64,000 bases of DNA from an uncultured Rhodospirillaceae bacterium (lineage in GTDB: Bacteria > Pseudomonadota > Alphaproteobacteria > UBA7887), in NCBI GenBank assembly GCA_964408735.1, contig CAYPAX010000007.1, positions 1,450 through 65,449 on the forward strand. The letters run 5' to 3'. Shown here piece by piece: positions 27,452-35,787 of this stretch (positions are counted from its first letter, which is position 1; every line of letters starts with the position of its first letter). The translations under genes were made by a program, and so were the position numbers. Under the pieces are notes generated by a model. The model saw only the letters and a list, made by a program, of their open reading frames with translations. It ran no database searches and had not been told where the DNA came from.

Positions 27452-30439
27452 ATGAGGAAACTGCTCGACGAGCTTGACTTTCACTATGGCGAATCGGCAC
27501 TGACCGCTATGGCGTCCCGTTTGGCGGCCGCGCAAGAGCATAGGTTCCAAGCGGGCGACTCCAGGACGCAGGAGGTGACCCGAACGACCGCGCTCGTCGT
27601 GCTTGCCGAGATGGACGACAGGGTGGCCGAGGCCTTGGCCGCGGGGAAACTCTCTCTTGAGGCATTCCGCGAGGAGGTGGCGCTGAGCGGGGCGATCGCG
27701 TCGGTTTCGGCGACGGATGTCGACCTGCATGCGAATTTTGGCACTGCCATCAGGGGCTACGCCGCACGGTATCCGGACAAGCGTGACCTCACGCCGCACG
27801 CGCTAGCGCTCGCCATTGCCGAGATGGCCGAGGCGGACGCAGGCGGCTTGATCCCCGACCGGCTGCGCGAGGCAGGCGCGGACATCTCCGCGATCGTGAT
27901 GGCCCTGCGCGCGATTCATGTTGCCCCGACGACCCTGGATGTTCCGCGCCCGACGGTCTGGCTGCTGCACTACGATGTCACCGATCAACTGGTCGGCTTG
28001 ATCTTGGGCAACGATCTTGAAACTACGGTTGCTTGGATAAGCAAGAAAATCGTCGACGGGATCGAGCCTAGCGATCCGGTGATATATTGGCGCAACACGA
28101 GCGCTGACGAGAAGCGTAGCGGCGGCCTCGTGGGAACGGGCCGGTTCGTGAGCGGGCGGCACAGCGAAGCCGAGGAACCTCCGGATCCCGGCGAGGGCAG
28201 GTCTGCCCGGAAGGCCTATGCGACCGAGATCATCGAGCGGTTTCCGGATGACGTAATACCCGAGGATGACATTATCACCGAGACAGGGCTCGATATGCCC
28301 TGGCGCCTTGGCTCGATACTCGAAGTGCCGAACGACGTGGCCCTGAAGATCGACGACATGTTGACCTCACGGGGTCACGTCAGCCTGTTTCCCCGGCTGG
28401 CGACGGAGATCACGTTCGTCGATGATTCGCCGAAGGCCGACGAGGACTATCTGCAGCGCGCCGAGCATGCCTTCGTGTTGGCTGCGCGGCTCAATCGCAT
28501 CTGGGAGGAGGCCTGCGGCATTGGCGAGCCGCCGCCGCAGGAGCCGGGCACGGTAGCAAGCGCGAGCTGGACCGGCATCGGCGCGGAAGAGGCCACGCCG
28601 GCCGCGGAAAACAGCTTCGTGGTTCACATAGACGCGCCGTGGGGAGGCGGCAAGACGACCTTCGCCAACTACCTGACCCGCATACTCAATCCATTTCGCC
28701 ATGGCACCGGCGAGCCCAGTTGGCTCGGTCGGCTACACCTTGATGACGCTGAGGCCTGGCCGCGTGAGTTCCGCAAGCCCTGGTGCGTGGTCGAGTTCAA
28801 CGCCTGGGAGCACGAGCATATCGACCCGCCCTGGTGGGTGTTCTATCAGGCCGTCAGGCGGCAATGCTTCGAAGCGGTCAGGACCGAGCACTTCCGCAAC
28901 ACCGCCTTCGACTGGTCCGCGGAGAACGGCTGGCGCACGGCCGTGGTGCGTCATCTCGACTGGCTGGCATTGTGGCTCAGGGAACTCGGCTGGCGGATAT
29001 TCACGCCACGTGTTGGCCTTCTCGGCATGACCTTCGCCCTGACCGTGGTGCTGGCGATCATTCTCGCCCAGCATGACCTGTTCGACCCGGACAGCGTGCT
29101 GTCGGGAGAAGAGGCCGACATAGTCGCGGCAACGCCCGCGCCTGGGTTGGAAACACAAGGCGCAGGCGATACCGCAGATGCGGCGGTGGACGGTGCGGGA
29201 AAGCCGGTCGCCGATGAAGCGGGCAACGGGCAGTCGGAAGGCACGCTGTCGCAGATAATCGTCACCTCGGTGCTCGTGCTGCTCGGCGGCGCCACCGGGA
29301 TATGGTCGGTCGTGGCCGCCTTCACGCAGTCGCTGCTGCCCGGAACACCGAGCTCGGCGCGCAACTACTCGCTAGGCTCGGGCGATCCGCTCGACCGCTT
29401 TCGCATCCACTTCGATCGCATGATGCGACAGCTCGGGCGCCCGATCGTCGTCATTGTCGATGACATCGACCGCTGCAATCCGCAGTTCGTCGTGGAATTG
29501 TTGCGTGGCATGCAAATCATCCTCAAGAGCCCGCGCGTGGTATATCTGCTGCTCGGCGACAGGAACTGGATCGAGCAAAGCTTTTCCGAGGTGCACAAGG
29601 CCATGAAGGATCTGAGCGTTGGTCCCGAACACAGCCTGGGCGGCCGTTTCGTTGAAAAGTCGATCCAGCTGTCCTTGATACTGCCCGGCATATCGTTCGA
29701 AGATAAGTCGGAATATGTGCGGCGAATTCTCAACGTCGATGGCAATGGCGCTGCCGCGCCGGCCGGGACCGAGTCGGCGAATCGGCTGGCCGATATCCAT
29801 GAGGATCTGGAGGCCATCTCCGCGGTCAAGGATCCGGTGCGGCGCGACGCCGGCGCGAGCACGCTGCGCCGCTCGATAGAGAGCGATGCGGCGCTCGACG
29901 ACGATCAGAGGAAGGCCGCCCAAAGGGAGATCGACGTTACGCTTGCCATGCGCTCCGCCGTCGACGAATCCCTGCAGCAGGCGACGCAGCACCGCCTGGT
30001 ACCCATCGCCGGTGTGCTACCGGCGAACCCGCGGCAGATCAAGCGTATCATCAACGCCGTCGCCTTCCTGCAGGAGATCGCCCGCATCGCCGAAGGCATA
30101 CAGCCCGGCAGCAAGGAATGGTGCAACATGGCGCTTTGGGTGGTTGTGATGACCGAATGGCCGCGCAGCTGGGCAAAAATGTCGCATTATCCCCGGCTTA
30201 TCGATCGCCTGCGCAACCCGAGCCTCCAAGACACCGACGGCTTGCCGGAACAAAAGCTCATGGCAAGCTGGCTCAAGACGATCAGGGAGGATGTCGGCCT
30301 GGTAGCGCTGCTCGACTTCAGCTCGAAGAACCCGCAATGGACCGAAGCGCGGCTCGAGGCCGATGACATACGGCGCTTCCGCAATTTCATGCCGCCGCCG
30401 CCGGAGATCGACGAAACGCCACCGCCCGAGCAGAAGTAA
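27452..30439 (+). CDS. KAP-family P-loop NTPase with a ~390-aa uncharacterised N-terminal extension and TM helices inserted into the NTPase domain
   Basis: Walker A APWGGGKT is followed by the FNAW motif. Hydrophobic helices (VGLLGMTFALTVVLAIILA, IIVTSVLVLLGGATGIWSVVAAF) sit between Walker A and Walker B (IVVIVDDIDRC). The KAP signature NPRQIKRIINAVAF is present. 995 aa. Confidence 0.8.
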   Translation: MRKLLDELDFHYGESALTAMASRLAAAQEHRFQAGDSRTQEVTRTTALVVLAEMDDRVAEALAAGKLSLEAFREEVALSGAIASVSATDVDLHANFGTAIRGYAARYPDKRDLTPHALALAIAEMAEADAGGLIPDRLREAGADISAIVMALRAIHVAPTTLDVPRPTVWLLHYDVTDQLVGLILGNDLETTVAWISKKIVDGIEPSDPVIYWRNTSADEKRSGGLVGTGRFVSGRHSEAEEPPDPGEGRSARKAYATEIIERFPDDVIPEDDIITETGLDMPWRLGSILEVPNDVALKIDDMLTSRGHVSLFPRLATEITFVDDSPKADEDYLQRAEHAFVLAARLNRIWEEACGIGEPPPQEPGTVASASWTGIGAEEATPAAENSFVVHIDAPWGGGKTTFANYLTRILNPFRHGTGEPSWLGRLHLDDAEAWPREFRKPWCVVEFNAWEHEHIDPPWWVFYQAVRRQCFEAVRTEHFRNTAFDWSAENGWRTAVVRHLDWLALWLRELGWRIFTPRVGLLGMTFALTVVLAIILAQHDLFDPDSVLSGEEADIVAATPAPGLETQGAGDTADAAVDGAGKPVADEAGNGQSEGTLSQIIVTSVLVLLGGATGIWSVVAAFTQSLLPGTPSSARNYSLGSGDPLDRFRIHFDRMMRQLGRPIVVIVDDIDRCNPQFVVELLRGMQIILKSPRVVYLLLGDRNWIEQSFSEVHKAMKDLSVGPEHSLGGRFVEKSIQLSLILPGISFEDKSEYVRRILNVDGNGAAAPAGTESANRLADIHEDLEAISAVKDPVRRDAGASTLRRSIESDAALDDDQRKAAQREIDVTLAMRSAVDESLQQATQHRLVPIAGVLPANPRQIKRIINAVAFLQEIARIAEGIQPGSKEWCNMALWVVVMTEWPRSWAKMSHYPRLIDRLRNPSLQDTDGLPEQKLMASWLKTIREDVGLVALLDFSSKNPQWTEARLEADDIRRFRNFMPPPPEIDETPPPEQK

Positions 30440-30468
30440 CGCCGCCTCGCGGGCCACACTCTCCGCGC

Positions 30469-30933
30469 TCACACCCCCGAATAGGCCACGCTGATGGTCT
30501 CGGCAACGCAGGCGGGGCGCTCGGCGCCTTCGATCTCGACCGTGACTTCGCCGAACACCTTGAGGCCGTTGTTGGCCATGTCCTCGGTGCCCTTGAGGCG
30601 CAGGCGGGCGCGCACGCGGCTGCCCGAGGGCACCGGCGAGGTGAAGCGGATCTTGTTGGCGCCGTAGTTGAGGCCGTGGGTGACATTGGCGATCTTGTAG
30701 ATCTCGTACATCATCATCGGCACCAGCGAGAGCGTGAGATAGCCGTGGGCGATGGTCTTGCCGCCGGGCATCTCGTCCTTGGCGCGGGCCGGATCGACGT
30801 GGATCCATTGGAAGTCCCCCGTCGCCTCGGCGAACTTGTCGATGCGCTCCTGGGTCACGTCGACCCAGCTGCTCACCCCCATCTCCTCGCCCACCAGGGC
30901 ACGCATCTCGTCGAAATTGGCGATCTCTCTCAC
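30469..30933 (-). CDS. MaoC-family dehydratase (hot-dog fold)
   Basis: Hot-dog/MaoC sequence. GTG 30933 is preceded by GGGAGG with a 6-nt spacer, which I prefer over the upstream ATG 30987. Confidence 0.6.
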   Translation of the reverse strand: MREIANFDEMRALVGEEMGVSSWVDVTQERIDKFAEATGDFQWIHVDPARAKDEMPGGKTIAHGYLTLSLVPMMMYEIYKIANVTHGLNYGANKIRFTSPVPSGSRVRARLRLKGTEDMANNGLKVFGEVTVEIEGAERPACVAETISVAYSGV

Positions 30934-31006
30934 GGGCTTCCTCCCATCGTTGCGGCCCGCTAAGCTGGCACGGTCTGAACCAAGCATGCAAGTGAGGAGC
31001 GACAGG

Positions 31007-31864
31007 ATGCGCTACGCCTTTATCGGGCTCGGGCAGATGGGGGCACGCATGGCAGCGCGGCTGGCAGGCGCCGGGCACGCCTTGGTGGGCTTCGACGCCG
31101 CAGGCACCGCCGAGCGGCTGCCGGATGGCGCGGCAGCCGCCGACTCCGTGGCGGATGCGCTTGCCCAGGCCGATACGGCGCTGCTGTCCCTGCCCGACGG
31201 CCCCGTGGTCGAGGCGGTGGCAGGCGAGATCGCCGCGAGCGGCTGGAAAGGCTGCGTCTTCGACCACTCGACCATCGGCCCGGAGGCGGCGGTGCGCGTG
31301 CACGGGCGCCTGGCAGGCGAGGGCGTCACGTATCTGGATGCGCCCGTCTCGGGCGGCACCCGCGGCGCGGCCCAGGGCACGCTGGCGATGATGGTCTCGG
31401 GGGAGCGCGGCCTGTATGACCAGGCCGAGCCGGCGCTTAATGTCATGGCCAAGAACCTCTTCTACATCGGCCCGGCGCCGGGCCAGGGCCAGACCATGAA
31501 GCTGCTCAACAACCTGCTCTCGGGCGTTGCCATGGTGGCGACCAGCGAGGCCGTGCTGTTCGGCGAGGCGCACGGGCTCGACCCCGAAGTCATGGTCTCC
31601 GTCCTCAACGTCTCCAGCGGCCAGAACACGGCCACCTCCGACAAGTTCCCCACCCGCATACTGAACGGCCGCTACGACGCCGGCTTCACCATCGACCTCT
31701 TGAGCAAGGACGTATCGCTGTACCTGGCGGAAGCCGACCGTATCGGTGCCCGCGAAAAGGTAGCCCGGCAAGTGGGCGAGACCCTCGCCGCCATGCGCGA
31801 GGCCATGCCGGGCGCGGATTTCACGAGACTCTATCCGTATCTGAAGGAGCTGGGCGAGGAGTAG
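31007..31864 (+). CDS. NAD(P)-dependent 3-hydroxyisobutyrate dehydrogenase-family oxidoreductase
   Basis: FIGLGQMG Rossmann motif and the beta-hydroxyacid dehydrogenase fold. GAGGAG RBS. Confidence 0.8.
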   Translation: MRYAFIGLGQMGARMAARLAGAGHALVGFDAAGTAERLPDGAAAADSVADALAQADTALLSLPDGPVVEAVAGEIAASGWKGCVFDHSTIGPEAAVRVHGRLAGEGVTYLDAPVSGGTRGAAQGTLAMMVSGERGLYDQAEPALNVMAKNLFYIGPAPGQGQTMKLLNNLLSGVAMVATSEAVLFGEAHGLDPEVMVSVLNVSSGQNTATSDKFPTRILNGRYDAGFTIDLLSKDVSLYLAEADRIGAREKVARQVGETLAAMREAMPGADFTRLYPYLKELGEE

Positions 31865-32033
31865 ATTGCTGCGCCACCGCCTGCCGCCGGCATCGCACTT
31901 GACGAACAAGGCAAATTGCCCTGTTCTTACCGTCATCGAAACGGCCGCATGGCCCGCCCTACCCAACCCAGGGAGATGACCATGATTCCTTTGCGGGCCT
32001 GCGCCAAGGGCCACATCCGCGGGCCCTGTTGCC

Positions 32034-32315
32034 ATGTCTGACATCAAGGTCGAGATCGACTTCGACGCGCTCGACGAGGCGGCGGTGCGCGCCGCCTTGT
32101 CGAGCTCCGATCCCAACCATCCGGTGGCTGTCGAGATCGCGAAGCGCATCACCCGCATCACCCAGAGCATCGCCCTCCAGGCCAGGGGCGGCCGTGTCTG
32201 GACCCTGCGTCTGGCGGCGCCGAGAAGTGTCGTCGACCGGGCCGCCACAGACATCGCGCTCGAAGCGGTGAGGACCGAGACCGGCGCCGAGCTCCAAGTC
32301 AGATACCGAGCATGA
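32034..32315 (+). CDS. Hypothetical protein (93 aa)
   Basis: No family recognised. Intergenic ORF with a good codon-usage appearance. Confidence 0.3.
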   Translation: MSDIKVEIDFDALDEAAVRAALSSSDPNHPVAVEIAKRITRITQSIALQARGGRVWTLRLAAPRSVVDRAATDIALEAVRTETGAELQVRYRA

Positions 32316-32360
32316 CTCCGCACCAAATCATCAAATGACCGTGTATGGTCGAAATATGCT

Positions 32361-32628
32361 CTAGTGGTCCAAATCTGACATATGGTACCCATAGGATCGC
32401 CTCTGACGCCGCCTCGCTAGAAAGGTGCGCGCCGGTGATGCCAGCCCATCGGCAAGCGCGCCTGACGACGCGAGGCGGCGTCAGAGGCGACCTATGGGCG
32501 GCCGTCCGCGCCCACCGGCGTCGTTGCGCGGTCCTTGCGATGGACCCGCATCGCGGCGCACCGCGCGCCTAACCGGTGGGCGCGGACGACCGTCCTATGG
32601 GTACCATATGTCAGATTTGGACCACTAG
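32361..32628. mobile_element. MITE-like element: perfect 36-bp terminal inverted repeats with nested internal hairpins
   Basis: IR-L 32361-32396 (CTAGTGGTCCAAATCTGACATATGGTACCCATAGGA) is the exact reverse complement of IR-R 32593-32628. Nested IRs of 19 bp (32398-32416 / 32468-32486) and 16 bp lie inside. IR-R abuts the stop codon of the cyclase gene. Confidence 0.55.
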
Positions 32629-35600
32629 CTATTGCGCGAACGCCTCCGGCCCCGGATCGGGCGGGATATCCCAGCCACACGCCGTGAGGCCGGACGTGAG
32701 GGCATCGATCATCGGGCGGGTGCCCGCTTTCTGCCAGAAATATACCTCCTGCCAATAGGCATCACGGAATCCTGGATATGCCGACAGCGCCGTATCCAGG
32801 GCAATCTTTCCGCGTTCCAGATCATCGCTGGCGCAGTGGGCCGCGGCCAGAAACACGTGGGTCAGGAAGTACCAGTTCATCTGGTTCGCCTCCAACCGGG
32901 AGATCGCCGCACCAAATTCGCCGCGTGCCATGTGAACCTTGGCCATGTTCCAGTTCATCCAGCCCGGGTATTTCGGGTTCAGGATCGTGAGCCTGTCCAT
33001 GATCTCGACGGTTCGCTCATAGGCCCCGACGTTGGAAAACACTTCCGCCGCCCAGCCGATGATATCCGAGTTGTTCGGCTCCAGGCGCAAGGCCTCCTCG
33101 GCCTCGCGAATGGCGCGTTGCGGGTCGTCTGTCAGGTAGAGGGCTTGGGCGTATATGACGTGACCAATGCCGCTGTTCGGATCTAGGAAGACGGCTCTTT
33201 CAAGTGTCGAAAGCGCTCTGTCGAGGGAGGAGTCCGGCAGGGGGTTGAGCCCGACGGCGATCTCCAGGAGGTAGAGATTGCCGAGATAGGCCAGCGCCTC
33301 AGCATAATCCGGTTCGCTCTCTATGACGCCTTCCAGACAATCCCGTGCCACACTATGCGTTTCCGGCCCGACCTGGCGGACGAACTCATGAGCGCGCAGA
33401 ATGCAGTCGTAGGAAGAAAAATATTTCGGTGCCTGCCTATCGCCTCGCGCGGACTGGGCGAGGGAGATCGCGCCGTGCACGTCGCCGATTCGGCCCGCCA
33501 CGGTTTCCGTAATCTCGTCCTGAATCGAGAATATGTTCGCCGCATCGAGTGCGCGGTCAAAGGTCTCGGCCCATAGGTGCGTGCCCTCTTCAGCCGCCAG
33601 CAGCTGCGCCGTCACCCGCACCGTGTCGCCGCTGCGGCGGATGCTGCCCTCGACCACGTAGTCGGCGCCGAGCTTCTCGGAGATGGCCGGGATATCCACG
33701 GCTTCTCCCTTGAACTGGAACGTGGTATTGCGGCCCAGCACGAGGATGTCCGGATACTGCGCCAGCCGCGTAATAATGTCCTCGGTGATGCCGTCGGCGA
33801 AGTATTCCTGGCTAGGGTCCCCCGAAAGATTGTCGAAGGGGAGGACAGCAATGACGGGCCGTCGAGCCTCGGCATCAGGCGAATGTTCGGGCACGCCGAG
33901 GTCGCGTAACGTCGCCAGATAGCCTGCAACGATCGCTCGGTCCTTATAGGCCCAAATGCGCTCCGTGTCGTTTCGCACTACCTCGATGGACAAGGCAGGA
34001 TCCTTGTTGCGGAGACGCGCAATGGCAGCCATGGCGTCGGCCTCGCGACTAGCTCTGGCGAGTGCGATGGGCAGGATATACTGGACTTCGGGATCGTCAG
34101 GCACGAGCGAGCTGTAACGCTCCAGCCAATGTGCGCCCTCGACGGGGTGTCCCGAGTTGAGAAGGATTGTCCCCTTGTCCAGGAGATACCAATGGGGATG
34201 CACCGGGCTGAGGCGAATGGCCTCATCAAGCTCTGTCATGGCGAGCTCGTAGCTGCCCGACGTATACAGCATCAGGGCATAGTGCGCGTGTGCGAGCGAG
34301 CCGCCGGGATCAAGCTCGACGCCCCGGCGCGCGGCGGCGATCGCAGCCTCGTGCTCATGCAAGTCGCGGTGAATCATTACCTGCAGGCCGTAAGCGGCGG
34401 CCAGGGTATCGTCCGCCGCGAGCGCCTTTTCGACATGCGCTTTGGCCTGCAACAGGCCGTCCGCATGATCTTCCCAGCGGTAGCGGTAAGTATATTCCAA
34501 CGCCCATCCCAGATACGCCCAACCCAAGGCAAATCCGGGGTCGTCGGCTACGGCGGAGGCGAATAACGACTGTGCACGCGCATTGTCAGCCTGGTTGGCC
34601 TTTCGCAGCAGCGCGACACCTTGCTGCCATTTTTCCCAAGCTTCGATGTTGTTCGTGCCACCACGCCAGCGCAGCGCTTGTGGCCCTTCGGTAAGCTCGA
34701 CTTGCAGCGCACTCACCACTTCCAGGGTAATATCGTCCTGCAGCGCGAATATGTCGTCGAGCGGGCGGTCGTAGCGCTCGGCCCAGACATGGCCGCCGCT
34801 CGCCACCTCGATCAGTTGCATGACAATGCGAATCTGATCTCCGGCAACCTGCACGCTGCCCTCCAGCACATGTTCGACACCGAGCTGGCGGGCGACCTCG
34901 CTCATGTCCGCTTCCGCGTCTCGGTACTGCAGCGTCGAATAGCGCGCCGGCACGAACAGCCGCCGGGCCTGCGACAGACTGGCTATGATGTTTTCGTGCA
35001 GACCGTCGGCGAGAAAAGCGTATTCGTCGGAACCGCTCAAGTCGGCGAACGGCAGCACCGCCACGGACGCCGTGTCGGGATCGACAAGCACCGGGTCGCC
35101 GGAGGGCGTGGCCATCTCCGATGGCTCCGGAATGCCGACCAGCCACCAGATCGTCGCGCCGGCAATGATGACGGCCGTGAGTGCAGCCGCGATGCCAATG
35201 ACAGGGCGGCGCTTGCGGCGTAGGGGTGCCGGCTCGGACGCCTCCGCCGTCACCCGATAGGCCGGTACCGGCCGCGGGATATTCTTCACCTCGTGCTCGC
35301 CAATGAAGGCGAAGCCGAGTGCCAGCCGATCACGCACTTCTTCATAGACCTTGCCGGAGACATTGGCCGTGCCCGGCTCGGCCAGCCCCTCCAGCCGCGC
35401 CGCGACATTCACGCCATCGCCATAGATCGTCCCGTCCTCTTCCTCGATAACGTCGCCCTGGTTGACGCCGATGCGGAACAGCATGCGCCGCGCCTCGGCC
35501 ACCGGCGCGTTGATTTCCGCCAGCTTCTCCTGCACTTCCACGGCGCATTGCACGGCCTCGACGACGCTGCGGAACTCGGCCAGCACGCTGTCTCCGGCGG

Positions 35601-35787
35601 TATCGATGAGCCGGCCCGAATGTGCCTCGATGCTCTCGCGGAAAACCGCTCGCGCCTGCTGCAGCGCCGTCACGGTGGCCTGATCGTCGTCGGCCATCAG
35701 CCGCGAGTAGCCCGCCACGTCGGCCGCGAGGATGGCCGCCAGCTTGCGGCTGCCGGTGGGCGGGGGCTCATGCGTGTCGGAGGGCAT
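32629..35787 (-). CDS. Class III adenylate/guanylate cyclase (CHD), then a TM helix, then two copies of a periplasmic-type domain plus TPR repeats
   Basis: N-terminal CHD motifs (LAAILAADVAGYSRLM, TAGDSVLAEF, GVNVAARLE). TM helix IGIAAALTAVIIAGATIWWLV. Repeated LPFxxLSGD...YFADG modules and TPR-like helices. 1052 aa. Confidence 0.8.
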   Translation of the reverse strand: MPSDTHEPPPTGSRKLAAILAADVAGYSRLMADDDQATVTALQQARAVFRESIEAHSGRLIDTAGDSVLAEFRSVVEAVQCAVEVQEKLAEINAPVAEARRMLFRIGVNQGDVIEEEDGTIYGDGVNVAARLEGLAEPGTANVSGKVYEEVRDRLALGFAFIGEHEVKNIPRPVPAYRVTAEASEPAPLRRKRRPVIGIAAALTAVIIAGATIWWLVGIPEPSEMATPSGDPVLVDPDTASVAVLPFADLSGSDEYAFLADGLHENIIASLSQARRLFVPARYSTLQYRDAEADMSEVARQLGVEHVLEGSVQVAGDQIRIVMQLIEVASGGHVWAERYDRPLDDIFALQDDITLEVVSALQVELTEGPQALRWRGGTNNIEAWEKWQQGVALLRKANQADNARAQSLFASAVADDPGFALGWAYLGWALEYTYRYRWEDHADGLLQAKAHVEKALAADDTLAAAYGLQVMIHRDLHEHEAAIAAARRGVELDPGGSLAHAHYALMLYTSGSYELAMTELDEAIRLSPVHPHWYLLDKGTILLNSGHPVEGAHWLERYSSLVPDDPEVQYILPIALARASREADAMAAIARLRNKDPALSIEVVRNDTERIWAYKDRAIVAGYLATLRDLGVPEHSPDAEARRPVIAVLPFDNLSGDPSQEYFADGITEDIITRLAQYPDILVLGRNTTFQFKGEAVDIPAISEKLGADYVVEGSIRRSGDTVRVTAQLLAAEEGTHLWAETFDRALDAANIFSIQDEITETVAGRIGDVHGAISLAQSARGDRQAPKYFSSYDCILRAHEFVRQVGPETHSVARDCLEGVIESEPDYAEALAYLGNLYLLEIAVGLNPLPDSSLDRALSTLERAVFLDPNSGIGHVIYAQALYLTDDPQRAIREAEEALRLEPNNSDIIGWAAEVFSNVGAYERTVEIMDRLTILNPKYPGWMNWNMAKVHMARGEFGAAISRLEANQMNWYFLTHVFLAAAHCASDDLERGKIALDTALSAYPGFRDAYWQEVYFWQKAGTRPMIDALTSGLTACGWDIPPDPGPEAFAQ

